Origin: Gammaproteobacteria bacterium
Lineage (GTDB): Bacteria; Pseudomonadota; Gammaproteobacteria; UBA4575
Assembly: GCA_965222615.1 (NCBI GenBank)
Contig: CBDCUI010000007.1
Span: 313,080-377,079, forward strand
Direction: 5' to 3'
Length of the DNA stretch: 64,000 nt
This document shows positions 1 to 10,666 of this stretch, piece by piece. Within the stretch, counting starts at the first letter, position 1. Each line of letters begins with the position of its first letter. The translations under genes and the position numbers were made by a program. The notes below the pieces were generated by a model that was given only the letters and a program-made list of their open reading frames with translations, made no database searches and was not told where the DNA came from.

Positions 1-1029
1 CATCATTTACTATTGTTATTCCGCAACCCAGTACGTTACGTTCAAGCCTTGTGGAATTTTTTATTAATAAATGAACCATATAAATTAGAAAGCTTTGCTA
101 AGGCAGGAATAATAGCCAACCTTATATTAGAAAATAAAATTGATCATTTACATGCTCATTTTATTGATTTTCCAGCTACTGTTGCAGAACTAGCGTCATC
201 ATTTTCAGGTATACCCTTCAGCATGTCTGCACATGCAAAAGATATCTGGCTTAGCTCTGCAGATTCACTTAAACGAAAATTATTACGGGCGTCCTTCACG
301 GTTACCTGTACAGAATTGAACCAGCAATATCTCGCTAAAATCACAAATAATCATGCCAATATAACACGCGCATATCATGGAATTGATAATAATAAATTTT
401 GCCCACCTCACACGAAAACAGAACTTATTCCTCCACTTATATTAAGCATTGGCAGATATCGCACAAAAAAAGGTTTCCCAACTCTAATTGAGGCATGCCG
501 ACTATTACATAAGGAGAATTATGCGTTCAAATGTAAAATTGTTGGTTATGGCTCTGAACACAGCGTACTACAAAAACAAATTGATGCTGCTCAGTTATCT
601 TCACATATCGAGCTAACAGGCCAACTCGATCATATTGCAATACTAGATTTATATCGTTGTGCATCGGTATTCGTTCTGCCATGTCAGGTAAAAGAAAATG
701 GTGATCGCGATGGAATCCCAAATGTGCTGTTGGAAGCTATGTCGGTAGGCCTGCCAGTAATTACAACCAACATCTCTGCAATTCCTGAGTTAATCCAGCA
801 TCAAGAAAATGGTTTATTGGTAGAACCTAAAAACCCAATACAACTTGCAAATGCCATTAAGACTTTGCTTGACAATCCAACTCTGCAGAAATCACTAAGT
901 AAATCTGCAAGACAAGATGTAAAAAGACGCTTCAATACAGACAACAACATAACGATATTAGCTAACTTACTTAAAAAAACAATTCAAGTTAAGACTACTG
1001 GAAGTATTCTTCGTGAGAGGGCTTTATGA
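1..1029 (+). CDS. Glycosyltransferase family 4 (GT-B), 5'-truncated at the window edge. Paralog of the next gene.
   Basis: The frame is open from position 1. C-terminal motif GIPNVLLEAMSVGLPVITT with the E-x7-E signature of GT4 enzymes. The segment HxHFIDFPATV...SMSAHAKDIW is shared with ORF 1026-2351. Confidence 0.75.
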   Translation, partial: HHLLLLFRNPVRYVQALWNFLLINEPYKLESFAKAGIIANLILENKIDHLHAHFIDFPATVAELASSFSGIPFSMSAHAKDIWLSSADSLKRKLLRASFTVTCTELNQQYLAKITNNHANITRAYHGIDNNKFCPPHTKTELIPPLILSIGRYRTKKGFPTLIEACRLLHKENYAFKCKIVGYGSEHSVLQKQIDAAQLSSHIELTGQLDHIAILDLYRCASVFVLPCQVKENGDRDGIPNVLLEAMSVGLPVITTNISAIPELIQHQENGLLVEPKNPIQLANAIKTLLDNPTLQKSLSKSARQDVKRRFNTDNNITILANLLKKTIQVKTTGSILRERAL

Positions 1030-2351
1030 ATAAAAAGCCCCATGCTGAAGTTGCATACATATTAAAAGGCTTTCCTCGGCTTTCAGAAACCTTCATTAGT
1101 AATGAAATTTTACTCCTTGAGAAAATGAATCTTCCCCTAAGAATTTATTCGATTAAAAAAGGTGATGAAACCAATGTTCAGAATATACATGAACAACTTT
1201 TATCTCCTTTGCGTTATCTTCCAAATACAAGCTCTCTTTCTGCCACAACTTTATGGGTGTGGTTGGTTAAAAACCTCCCTCAATACGTAATGCCAAATTT
1301 AGCATTATGTATGCGACATCCAATTCGTTACTTTAGTACGTTGAAAATTGCTATTACCATGTGCAGCCAGTATCGAAGCATGACTACTGGAGCTATTAAA
1401 AAAGTATTTATAAAAGAGTTTCTACAAGCAGCATACATCGCCGATGACATATTAAAAAATGATAAAAATATTGCCCATATTCACGGTCATTTTTGTCACG
1501 GTGCCACAACAATCACTTGGTTTATCAGCAAATTAACAGCAAAGCCATACAGTTTTACTGCACATGCCAAAGACATTTACCAAGCACACTTAAACCCAGG
1601 CGACTTACTTAAGAGAAAATTAGATTCTGCCAAATTTGTAACGACTTGTACTAGCAGTAACAAAGATTATTTAGATAAAGCGAGTAATTACAAAACACCC
1701 ATCCACAAAGTCTATCATGGTCTAAACACTGCTTTATTCCATCCAAATAATTCAAATTCTAAGTCTAATTCAAAACATTTGATCCTTTCTGTTGGACGAC
1801 TAGTACATAAAAAAGGATTCACACATTTAATAGATGCCTGTGCAGTCCTTAATCAACGTGGCATTACTATTAAGTGTCTTATCATTGGTGAAAAAGGAGA
1901 CGCATATAAGGAAATCATACAGCGCATTGCAGATCAAAAACTCGAGCAGATTGTCGAAATCCGCCCGGCAATTGCACAACACGAACTACGAGAATTTTAT
2001 CAAAAGGCGACTGTTTTTACCCTGCCATGTCAGATTATGGAAGATGGTGATAGAGACGGCATACCTAATGTAATTGTTGAAGCCATGGCCATGGGTTTGC
2101 CAGTAGTGTCCACAAATATCTCCGGCATACCTGAAATCATCAAGCATGAGCAAACGGGCCTTCTAAGTGAAGAAAAAAATGCTATTCCACTAGCTGATAA
2201 TATCGAAAGAGTATTAAAAGATATCAATCTCCAAAAGCATTTATCTAAAAACGCACGACAAGAAGTATGTAAACACTTCGACTCATCGGAAACCACCTAT
2301 TACCTGAAAACCCTTTTCGAAAAGTCGATTTCTGAGACAGCTTTAGCGTGA
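1026..2351 (+). CDS. Glycosyltransferase family 4
   Basis: GIPNVIVEAMAMGLPVVSTNISG and EX7E-like motifs. 4-nt overlap with the upstream stop (ATGA) indicates translational coupling. Confidence 0.8.
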   Translation: MNKKPHAEVAYILKGFPRLSETFISNEILLLEKMNLPLRIYSIKKGDETNVQNIHEQLLSPLRYLPNTSSLSATTLWVWLVKNLPQYVMPNLALCMRHPIRYFSTLKIAITMCSQYRSMTTGAIKKVFIKEFLQAAYIADDILKNDKNIAHIHGHFCHGATTITWFISKLTAKPYSFTAHAKDIYQAHLNPGDLLKRKLDSAKFVTTCTSSNKDYLDKASNYKTPIHKVYHGLNTALFHPNNSNSKSNSKHLILSVGRLVHKKGFTHLIDACAVLNQRGITIKCLIIGEKGDAYKEIIQRIADQKLEQIVEIRPAIAQHELREFYQKATVFTLPCQIMEDGDRDGIPNVIVEAMAMGLPVVSTNISGIPEIIKHEQTGLLSEEKNAIPLADNIERVLKDINLQKHLSKNARQEVCKHFDSSETTYYLKTLFEKSISETALA

Positions 2352-4243
2352 GCAACATAGAACCAATACATGGTGCCATACACGCACTCAAGCCAAACTA
2401 TCAAAGTCTAAGCGACACAGCGTTGCTAGATCATTTCATTAAACGTTCACCTCCTAATTATTTCCCAGTAATTGATAGAGAACTTTGCCGACCAAATAAA
2501 ATAAATCAGATCTTAGATAATAAATTTGAGTTTAATTGTGAAACTCATGTTTTACCTGATCCAATTAATTGGCTGCATAATCCAAGCGAAGACATCGAAT
2601 GGCATATCTTTCTACATAAATTCTATTACGCAGTAGGTCTGGGTCTTGCCCATCGCCGTACTTATGAAAATAAATATCTACAAAAATGGCTGTATCTAAT
2701 AAATACATGGATTGAACAAACCGAACCAGGATTTATAGCAAGTGATGTAACGGGCAGACGTATTCAAAACTGGATTTACTCGTTTTATTTTTTTGTGGAA
2801 TACCCCGAATACCCTTGCGTATCTGCCTCTTTTTTACGTAAATTTCTTGATTCACTATATATACAAGTTAATTACTTAATTAATAACCTTGCACCCAGTC
2901 GCAATCATAGAACAATAGAACTCTATAGTATTTTTCTTGCAGCCGTAGTATTCCCAGAGTTGCAGCAGTCAGACGAATGGCTTAATTTTTCCACACAAGA
3001 ACTAGAGAAAAATATTCATAACGACTTTTTAAATGACGGCGTACATTGTGAGCTTTCTACAGACTATCATCACCTTGCTTTACTAAATCTTCTCAACTTT
3101 CGCAGACTTGCACTGCTAAACAACATAGAAGTAAGTCAAAAAAGCGACCATAAACTTAAAAAAGCCTTAAGGTTTGCTAAACATGCACAAAAACCTGATG
3201 GAATCGTACCATCATTCAGCGATGGTGACGCACGCTGCCACAGTAAAGTACTGCATCGAGGTTACACAATTTACCAAGATGAAGAATTACGTTTTTGTAC
3301 AACGTTAGGCACAATGGGTACACCTCCTAAAACTAAGACTGCCGCATTTCCATCCAGTGGTTACTACATGATGCGAAGCGGTTGGGGTGATAAAAATGCA
3401 CGATTCTTAATGTGTGATTGCGGACCATTAGGAGCAGGTAATCATGGTCATTTAGATGCTTTAAGTTTTGAAGCTGCAGCATATGGGCGTTCGCTAATAG
3501 TAGACCCAGGTCGTTACACATATTTTGAAGAAGGCCAATACAATTGGCGCAAACATTTTAGACAAACTACTGCACATAACACCGTTGTTATTAACAATGA
3601 AAACCAAACCTGTTATCAAACCATACCCGATAAACAACGCCTAAGGATAGTGGGACCATATGCTGAATCTCATTGTGACTGCTTCAAGGAAGCTGACGAT
3701 TATGTGTTTTTTTCTGGACATGTTAAAAGCCCGATGTATGAAGCAATACATACACGTAAAATTATTTTTATTCGTGGTCAATACTGGCTCATTGTTGATA
3801 AGTTAACCGCACATGAATCGCATAATTATGAACTACAATTCCAGCTATCTGAGGCAGCACAAAAATGCACTACTCTAAAATATTATAATCAAACTGTATC
3901 CTATATCTCGCCGAATTTAGTTTTATCTCAAGCCCTCCATAACCAAGACCATCATGCTATTAAGCAAGGTTTTGTTTCTTATACCTATGGAAAAAAATAC
4001 AAAGCACCAATCATAAGTACAACTTGTCATGCCAAAAATAAATGCTTTATAAGTTTAATATATCCATTTAAAAATGATACGCCTGAAATCGAATTGCAAC
4101 TAGAAAACTCAACTAATAACGATGCTCTCACTGTAAAGATACAGATTAAATCATTCGATCATCGATATTGCGATCACATTACATTATCGCAATTGTCTAA
4201 TGATATTAAGTTAATACAGCGATTTGTTAAATCTAGCAAATGA
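2348..4243 (+). CDS. Heparinase II/III-like family protein (polysaccharide lyase/epimerase-like)
   Basis: 631 aa. Its sequence resembles Hepar_II_III-like proteins found in polysaccharide loci. Its start overlaps the upstream stop. Confidence 0.5.
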   Translation: MSNIEPIHGAIHALKPNYQSLSDTALLDHFIKRSPPNYFPVIDRELCRPNKINQILDNKFEFNCETHVLPDPINWLHNPSEDIEWHIFLHKFYYAVGLGLAHRRTYENKYLQKWLYLINTWIEQTEPGFIASDVTGRRIQNWIYSFYFFVEYPEYPCVSASFLRKFLDSLYIQVNYLINNLAPSRNHRTIELYSIFLAAVVFPELQQSDEWLNFSTQELEKNIHNDFLNDGVHCELSTDYHHLALLNLLNFRRLALLNNIEVSQKSDHKLKKALRFAKHAQKPDGIVPSFSDGDARCHSKVLHRGYTIYQDEELRFCTTLGTMGTPPKTKTAAFPSSGYYMMRSGWGDKNARFLMCDCGPLGAGNHGHLDALSFEAAAYGRSLIVDPGRYTYFEEGQYNWRKHFRQTTAHNTVVINNENQTCYQTIPDKQRLRIVGPYAESHCDCFKEADDYVFFSGHVKSPMYEAIHTRKIIFIRGQYWLIVDKLTAHESHNYELQFQLSEAAQKCTTLKYYNQTVSYISPNLVLSQALHNQDHHAIKQGFVSYTYGKKYKAPIISTTCHAKNKCFISLIYPFKNDTPEIELQLENSTNNDALTVKIQIKSFDHRYCDHITLSQLSNDIKLIQRFVKSSK

Positions 4244-4251
4244 GTTGAATC

Positions 4252-5628
4252 ATGAGTACAGCGCGAATTACCCAGCACAGTCGTTATATTCCAAATGACA
4301 CAAGGCTGTTTAATCTTGAATTTGTACTAGATTCAAATTATATGACACCAATATTAAGCAAATACATGAATATTGATACGTCCTCTCATTTCAGTATTGA
4401 ACGTGTTAAATACAAGCCCAAAAAGAATTGCTTAATATGCTATCGACAAAACAATAAAGATAGTTCAAGCAATCTGATTGATATCACTGCAATGGTTTAT
4501 CCACCCGGTGAATCCCAAAAAAGATTTGAAAAAGCCAATCTCGCCATATTTGAAACCAACGCTGTCCAACATATTCCGCATTTAGATATGGTAATCTGGA
4601 AGTTCCCATATGAACGTAAGCTTATACATTTACCCAAATTATTCGACTTAGACTATTTAAACTCACAGGTATTTCCTGATCTCATTACGAAAGCAAAAGG
4701 TACAGAGTGGCGCTTAAGTGACTCTGAAATCCAGCTCGTTCACTATGTACCGGAACACAACTGTACAGTCCGTGCAGATCTAACTTTACGTAATAAACAT
4801 AGCGGCCGCATAACAGACTTAACGGTGTATGGAAAAACGTATTACAACGATCAAGGCACTCACACCTTTCACACTATGGAACAGATATATTCAAAAAATA
4901 ACTCAAGTTTATCTGCCAATCCTTTATTATATCAAGAAAGCTATAAAACCCTCTGGCAAGAAGCTGTACCTGGCACACCCTTAGAGATCAGTTTAAATTC
5001 AAACTACTGTTATCAAAACCTAAAACATGCAGCTAATGCGATTTTACAGCTACATCAAACGACTGTTAATTGTTCTACAATTATCGATGAGACATATTTC
5101 ATAAATCAGCTAAATCGCACTGAAGCGGCGCTTTCCACTTCGTCTACAGATTATCTCGCACAATTTATTCGAATAAAGGATTCGTTATTAAAAAATATTC
5201 CAAAACATTGTTTCGAAAATCTAAACACTCTTCATGGCGACTTACACCCGAACAATATTTTAATCTCAGACAATTCAGTTTACCTAATCGATTTAGATAG
5301 CACCTGTCTTGGGCCTGCATATGCAGACATAGGTAGCTGGTGTGCAGCCATATTGTACCAAGCCCTTCTAAAAAAACATGGCCTTAGTAATGCCAATAAA
5401 AAGCTTTCTTATTTTTTACAAAACTATTTTAAAGGCTCAAGCCTAGTTGAAGATCAAGCGGCTCTAAAATGGTTTACGACAATGGCATTAATTAATGAAC
5501 GCATTTTTCGTTGTGCCACACGCCTGAAAATAGGTCGAAATAATACATTTTTCGAATTGCTCAAACTCGCACAAAAAACATGCCAGAACTTTCAAAAAAA
5601 TTACCTCTCATCGGTTACGGCAAGTTAG
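4252..5628 (+). CDS. Phosphotransferase (APH/choline-kinase-like protein kinase fold)
   Basis: Brenner/catalytic motif LHGDLHPNNIL and the DFG-like motif IDLDSTCLGPAYADIGSW. Confidence 0.65.
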   Translation: MSTARITQHSRYIPNDTRLFNLEFVLDSNYMTPILSKYMNIDTSSHFSIERVKYKPKKNCLICYRQNNKDSSSNLIDITAMVYPPGESQKRFEKANLAIFETNAVQHIPHLDMVIWKFPYERKLIHLPKLFDLDYLNSQVFPDLITKAKGTEWRLSDSEIQLVHYVPEHNCTVRADLTLRNKHSGRITDLTVYGKTYYNDQGTHTFHTMEQIYSKNNSSLSANPLLYQESYKTLWQEAVPGTPLEISLNSNYCYQNLKHAANAILQLHQTTVNCSTIIDETYFINQLNRTEAALSTSSTDYLAQFIRIKDSLLKNIPKHCFENLNTLHGDLHPNNILISDNSVYLIDLDSTCLGPAYADIGSWCAAILYQALLKKHGLSNANKKLSYFLQNYFKGSSLVEDQAALKWFTTMALINERIFRCATRLKIGRNNTFFELLKLAQKTCQNFQKNYLSSVTAS

Positions 5629-5632
5629 TACC

Positions 5633-7444
5633 ATGGACATTCATTTCACAGTTAAGCCTTCCACAGCTCCGACAACTAGACAATCTGTCATAAAACAGTT
5701 TCTACCCTTACTTTGGGATCAGAAGCAGCAATTGTTTCTTGCATATCTATTATCACTTATCGCAGTTGCAGCAATAACCGTTGCGCCTTGGCCACTCAAG
5801 TTCATGATTGACTATGTATTAAGCGACCAGATAGCCCCCGGCTGGTACATGGCATTGCTAGGAAATCAATCTAAGCCCTTACAACTACTGTTTTTGTCAT
5901 TTTCTATTGCATTCATTGCCATGATAGGTGCAGTAAGTTTTACAACTAGCCAGAGATTCAATGCAAAAGTTCGCGAGAGACTTGGTAAAAATATGCGCAG
6001 AGAATTACTCGACAAGATACTTGTAATGGATTTGTTAGTGCGTCGTAGTTTTCCTAAAGGTGAGCTTACATTACATCTTGTAGATGACGTACATCATGTA
6101 ATTCGACTCTTAGCTAAAACTTTTCCTCTTGTCTTACGACATGCGCTTACTGTACTTACTCTAATTATTGTAATGATTTCACTCCAGCCTTTTTTAGGAA
6201 TAGCAGGAGCCATAATACTTAGTACATTTGCATTCATTATTTATTCCTATGCAGGACAATTAAATTCTACAGCTCGAAACAAGAGAAAAAGAGAAGGCAA
6301 TATTGCATCACAATCTCAAGAAATTATGCGAACAATGGATAGCGTACTTGTGACAGGCCGTGAAAGTTGGATCAGGGAACGCTTTAACAAAATTAATATT
6401 GAGAGTTTAAACGCTAGTGTAAAAGAAACTCACATTGCAACTAGCATGGAAAGAACAATGCAAATTGCTAATGGAGTTGCCATGGCAATTTTTGCAGGTA
6501 TTGGTGGATGGTTAGTACTGAAAGGCAGTATCACGATTGGTTCTTTGACGGTGTATCTCAGCTATATGCTTCAGCTTCTAAAGCCAATAGAAAAAATAAA
6601 CGAATTAGCTTCTGCTGTTAGCCGCGGCGTTGCAAGAGGTGAACGACTATTGCCATTGTGGAATATTTATTCGAACGTTAAGGAAGCTAAACCTCTAATC
6701 ACTATCGATCCAAATAAAGTCGGCTCGCTTGAATTACAAAATGTAACCTTCAATTACACAAACTCTTCAAATAATAAACGTTCACTTATCGATGAAACAA
6801 GTATTCTGCACAATGCTAGCCTTTTATTAAAACCCGGCTCTATCACTATTCTGGTTGGCCCAAGCGGAACCGGAAAATCAACTTTATTGCTTTTATTACT
6901 TGGCCTAGTACGACCATCACAGGGATGCCTCTATCTTCATGGGCATTCATACTCGTCATATTCAAATATGCAAATTCGAGGGCAATTTGCAGTCTTGCTG
7001 CAAGACGCTCATCTATTTGCTGAAAGTATAAAAGACAACTTAGCACCCCCCGATCGAGAAATTACTGACGAAGAAATTTGGGCAATATTAGAGAAAGTTG
7101 CGCTCAAGGAAAAAATTGAATCTTTACCAAATAAGTTAAATTCAACACTTGTAGAAGATGGACTCAATTTTTCAGGTGGTCAACGTGCCAGACTGTCATT
7201 GGCACGCGCCCTCCTGCTAAACAGACCTTTTCTGTTACTTGATGAACCCTTAGTGAATATAGACGCTCATTCGCAAAGACTCATTATTTCTACACTTAAA
7301 AAAATTAAGCATGATCACACCTTATTGATTATCACGCACCAACCTTCATTGATGGTCCTTGCTGACCATATCTATGAATTAAAAAGTGGGCAGCTTAAAC
7401 AAGCTGACACCTATAAAAACAAACTTGTAATGAGTGTTGCATGA
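5633..7444 (+). CDS. ABC transporter permease/ATP-binding fusion (MsbA-like exporter)
   Basis: N-terminal 6-TM region. Walker A GPSGTGKST, ABC signature LSGGQRARLSLARAL and Walker B LLLDEP. Confidence 0.85.
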   Translation: MDIHFTVKPSTAPTTRQSVIKQFLPLLWDQKQQLFLAYLLSLIAVAAITVAPWPLKFMIDYVLSDQIAPGWYMALLGNQSKPLQLLFLSFSIAFIAMIGAVSFTTSQRFNAKVRERLGKNMRRELLDKILVMDLLVRRSFPKGELTLHLVDDVHHVIRLLAKTFPLVLRHALTVLTLIIVMISLQPFLGIAGAIILSTFAFIIYSYAGQLNSTARNKRKREGNIASQSQEIMRTMDSVLVTGRESWIRERFNKINIESLNASVKETHIATSMERTMQIANGVAMAIFAGIGGWLVLKGSITIGSLTVYLSYMLQLLKPIEKINELASAVSRGVARGERLLPLWNIYSNVKEAKPLITIDPNKVGSLELQNVTFNYTNSSNNKRSLIDETSILHNASLLLKPGSITILVGPSGTGKSTLLLLLLGLVRPSQGCLYLHGHSYSSYSNMQIRGQFAVLLQDAHLFAESIKDNLAPPDREITDEEIWAILEKVALKEKIESLPNKLNSTLVEDGLNFSGGQRARLSLARALLLNRPFLLLDEPLVNIDAHSQRLIISTLKKIKHDHTLLIITHQPSLMVLADHIYELKSGQLKQADTYKNKLVMSVA

Positions 7445-8670
7445 TAAGCACGGCATTAAATTATCCCATTACACAGCAAAATGACTTAGAACAAGTCATA
7501 AATAATGTTTGTCTATACTCTGATCAAATATTGAAACTAATTTCGTCCTCGGGAAGCAGACAAGGTTGGTGGGCGGATGATTTATCGTGGCAACGAATTT
7601 ACTCACGCTGTGTACCTAGCTCTAATGGAAGTATCTCTGGAAGCATCTCGATGCTCTATGCTGCAAGCCTCGAAGATCGAATACTTTGTTCAGTAAAATT
7701 ATTTTCAGACCCACCGCCCGGAAATTCACAACATACTATATCAATATACAAGGCTTCGTTAGGTTGGCTATCTCTAGAGCCTTTCCCTAACGATTCAAAA
7801 TTAACCAGTTTACCAACCTTAATAGCGGAGCAACCAAACCTTGAAGTAGTGCGGTATCGCCCTGGGAAAAGATGTACTTTCAGAACAGATGATAAAAAAT
7901 ACTTTGTAAAAGTTTTCGCAAACGACAAAGGCAAAAAGGTACATAGTCAAAGTATCAATCTATGGAATGCCTGGTTAAAGAATCGCTTGCAATATAGTGT
8001 AGCGAAGCCAATTGATTGGAATTGCAAAACACGAGCGCTTTGGCAACAAGCAATTGAGGGAGAATCCATCACAGCAGAACTATTTGGGCCTAACGCCGCA
8101 ACTGTAGCCACACAAATGGGTCAAGCATGTGCATCAACTGCAAAAAGTACAATCAATCCAGATTTGATCTTTGATTACACTTGCCAAATGCAACGTACTA
8201 AACGTTATATCCAAAATATAAACGCATGTTTCCCCGAGTTTATTAGCATTACGCAGCCACTAGAGCAACTACTGCAAACAAAAAAATCAATTGCTGATCA
8301 AGTTCAATTAAAACCCATACATGGCGCACCACATATGCATCAATGGTTGCGCACCCCTGATGGAAACCTTGGTTTAGTTGATTTCGATCGGTTCTCAGTC
8401 GGCGCACCAGAACTTGATGTAGCTACATTTATTGCAGAAATGGATTACGAAAATCAAACCGTTATTCCAAAAGAAAAAATTAATAGTAGTTTTATAGGTG
8501 GCTATAAAACAGTCATTGAAGATTTATCTCCTGATGTTGTTCAGATTTATCGCGCACATAAACACATTGCTAAAACTTCGAAGTGTGCCATGGCTTTGCG
8601 CACTGATAATAAAAAAAGAACTATCGATCGATTGCAACGCGCTAAGAAAATCTTGCAAGAGATATCATGA
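7441..8670 (+). CDS. Phosphotransferase-family (APH-like) kinase
   Basis: IHGAPHMHQWL ... LVDFDRFSVGAPELDVATFIAEM (HxDxxxxN / DFD-like motifs). Start overlaps the upstream stop. Confidence 0.55.
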   Translation: MISTALNYPITQQNDLEQVINNVCLYSDQILKLISSSGSRQGWWADDLSWQRIYSRCVPSSNGSISGSISMLYAASLEDRILCSVKLFSDPPPGNSQHTISIYKASLGWLSLEPFPNDSKLTSLPTLIAEQPNLEVVRYRPGKRCTFRTDDKKYFVKVFANDKGKKVHSQSINLWNAWLKNRLQYSVAKPIDWNCKTRALWQQAIEGESITAELFGPNAATVATQMGQACASTAKSTINPDLIFDYTCQMQRTKRYIQNINACFPEFISITQPLEQLLQTKKSIADQVQLKPIHGAPHMHQWLRTPDGNLGLVDFDRFSVGAPELDVATFIAEMDYENQTVIPKEKINSSFIGGYKTVIEDLSPDVVQIYRAHKHIAKTSKCAMALRTDNKKRTIDRLQRAKKILQEIS

Positions 8671-9857
8671 GACAACACAAACCAACAGTATTGTTTTATT
8701 GTCAACATGCTCGTGGTATGGGCCACTTGATTCGTTCTATTGCTATTGCAGAAGCACTTGCAAAAAAATTACACATCATCTTTTTAAACGGTGGGGAATT
8801 CCCTAATGGTATAAACAAACCAAAAAATGTGGAACTTATACAGCTTCCTTCTATGGGACTCGATTCCAACCATAAATTGATTAGTCATTCAAAACTTTAT
8901 TCTACTGAAGCAGCTATCGAAAAACGTAAACAAATCCTACTAGATATATTTAGGAAAATCGTACCAGATTTTCTATTGATCGAGTTATTTCCCTTTGGTA
9001 GAAAAAAATTTGCACCTGAATTAATCCCACTTTTAGAAATTGCTAATAACAGTATAAACCGGCCACAAATAATATGTAGCATTAGAGAGCTTTTAGTTAC
9101 CGGAAGAACTAATCAACAGCAGCACGATGATCGCGCTGCAGACATATTAGAACACTATTTCGATGCCGTGCTGGTACATGGTGACAAACACTTTGCTACA
9201 TTAAATGAAACTTTTTCGCCAAGCAAATCTATAGAGGTGCCGGTTTTTTACACTGGGTTTGTTACCTCACAAAATAAAATGTACCCAAAACAACCGCATA
9301 AACAAGACGTACTAGTAGCTGCGGGCGGCGGACTCGTAGGTGCCCCGTTATTACGGTCTGCAATTTTTACACATTCGATTCTTCAGCATAAATTTTCATT
9401 ATCAATGAAGATTATTGCTGGCCCGTTTCTACCTGAGGATGATTGGGTGCAATTAAATTATTTAGTAAAAAACATTAACAACTTACAACTTGTTCGCTCA
9501 GTGCCGGATATGCAACATGAGTTGTCTCAATCGAGAGTATCTATCAGTCAATGTGGCTATAACACTTCTATGGATTTACTCAGCACAAATATTCCTGCGT
9601 TAGTAGTTCCGTATGGAGATACTTCTGAAAACGAACAATATGAACGTGCTAAACGGTTAGAGCGACTAAGTTTAGTACAGGTGTTATGTGCATCGGAATT
9701 GTCACCGTATTCCTTAGCAACAGCTATTCAAAAATTACTTTCCTTTAACCCAAAGCCACATCGAATCAAGCTAGATGGTGCTGCGAATACATTGAATATT
9801 ATGCTTGAACTAATAAACCACAAACTCAACTCGAAAAAATGTGTAGCGATACAGTGA
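8667..9857 (+). CDS. Glycosyltransferase (GT-B; MurG/UDP-glycosyltransferase-like)
   Basis: N-terminal YCQHARGMGHLIRSIAIAEAL resembles the Gly-rich loop of GT28/GT1 enzymes. The C-terminal half has the GGGLVG donor-binding pattern. Confidence 0.5.
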   Translation: MRQHKPTVLFYCQHARGMGHLIRSIAIAEALAKKLHIIFLNGGEFPNGINKPKNVELIQLPSMGLDSNHKLISHSKLYSTEAAIEKRKQILLDIFRKIVPDFLLIELFPFGRKKFAPELIPLLEIANNSINRPQIICSIRELLVTGRTNQQQHDDRAADILEHYFDAVLVHGDKHFATLNETFSPSKSIEVPVFYTGFVTSQNKMYPKQPHKQDVLVAAGGGLVGAPLLRSAIFTHSILQHKFSLSMKIIAGPFLPEDDWVQLNYLVKNINNLQLVRSVPDMQHELSQSRVSISQCGYNTSMDLLSTNIPALVVPYGDTSENEQYERAKRLERLSLVQVLCASELSPYSLATAIQKLLSFNPKPHRIKLDGAANTLNIMLELINHKLNSKKCVAIQ

Positions 9858-10666
9858 TAGACCAAATTCCTAAAAATCTTGATGGTTTTATTGCGTCCAT
9901 ACATGACGCTTTAAACAACAGTACATATACAAAAAATATTTTCTTTCGAAATGATGATGTAGGGCGGGAAAACGAAAAACTCTACGTATTACTAGATATT
10001 TTTAAAAAAGAAAAAGTTCCATTAGATCTTGCGATTATTCCAGCAAGTTTAAATAACGAACTAGTTGACTTACTTTCAGCAAGATATCAATCCCAAAAAC
10101 TAGGATTACATCAACATGGTTATAAACATCACAATCATGAAATAACGGGTAAAAAATGTGAATTTGGTAATAATAGAAACAAATCTCAACAATTTCTCGA
10201 CATATCCAAAGGAAAAGAAAAGTTATTGGAAACTTTCGGTTCTCAGATTGATCCTGTTTTCACACCACCCTGGAATCGCTGTACTAGTGACACAACGGCT
10301 TGCCTAATAGACTGTGGTTATTGCGTATTATCTAGAGATCGAAACGCTGAACCTATTGAAACTCACAACATAGGTGAACTACCGGTTGACGTAGACTGGT
10401 GCAAATACAGTGATGTGGAATCTTTATTTCAATCTATCCTCCACAATATTTCAAATTTCCAAAATATCGGTGTAATGCTTCACCATGCAGTAATGAATGC
10501 GACTTCTCTTATGATACTAAGACACCTACTTAAACAATTACAAATGAATGAAAAGTGTAATCTTGTATTAATGCGTCAAATTATCAATAGCGACAACGTA
10601 TTTACTATATCAACTTTAAACAGCTGTCATGATTTAGATTTTGTTAGGTCATCATATATAAAATGA
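9839..10666 (+). CDS. Hypothetical protein, possibly polysaccharide deacetylase-like (CE4)
   Basis: FFRNDDVG and HQHGYKHHNHE weakly resemble NodB motifs 1 and 2. 19-nt overlap with the upstream gene. Confidence 0.3.
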   Translation: MCSDTVIDQIPKNLDGFIASIHDALNNSTYTKNIFFRNDDVGRENEKLYVLLDIFKKEKVPLDLAIIPASLNNELVDLLSARYQSQKLGLHQHGYKHHNHEITGKKCEFGNNRNKSQQFLDISKGKEKLLETFGSQIDPVFTPPWNRCTSDTTACLIDCGYCVLSRDRNAEPIETHNIGELPVDVDWCKYSDVESLFQSILHNISNFQNIGVMLHHAVMNATSLMILRHLLKQLQMNEKCNLVLMRQIINSDNVFTISTLNSCHDLDFVRSSYIK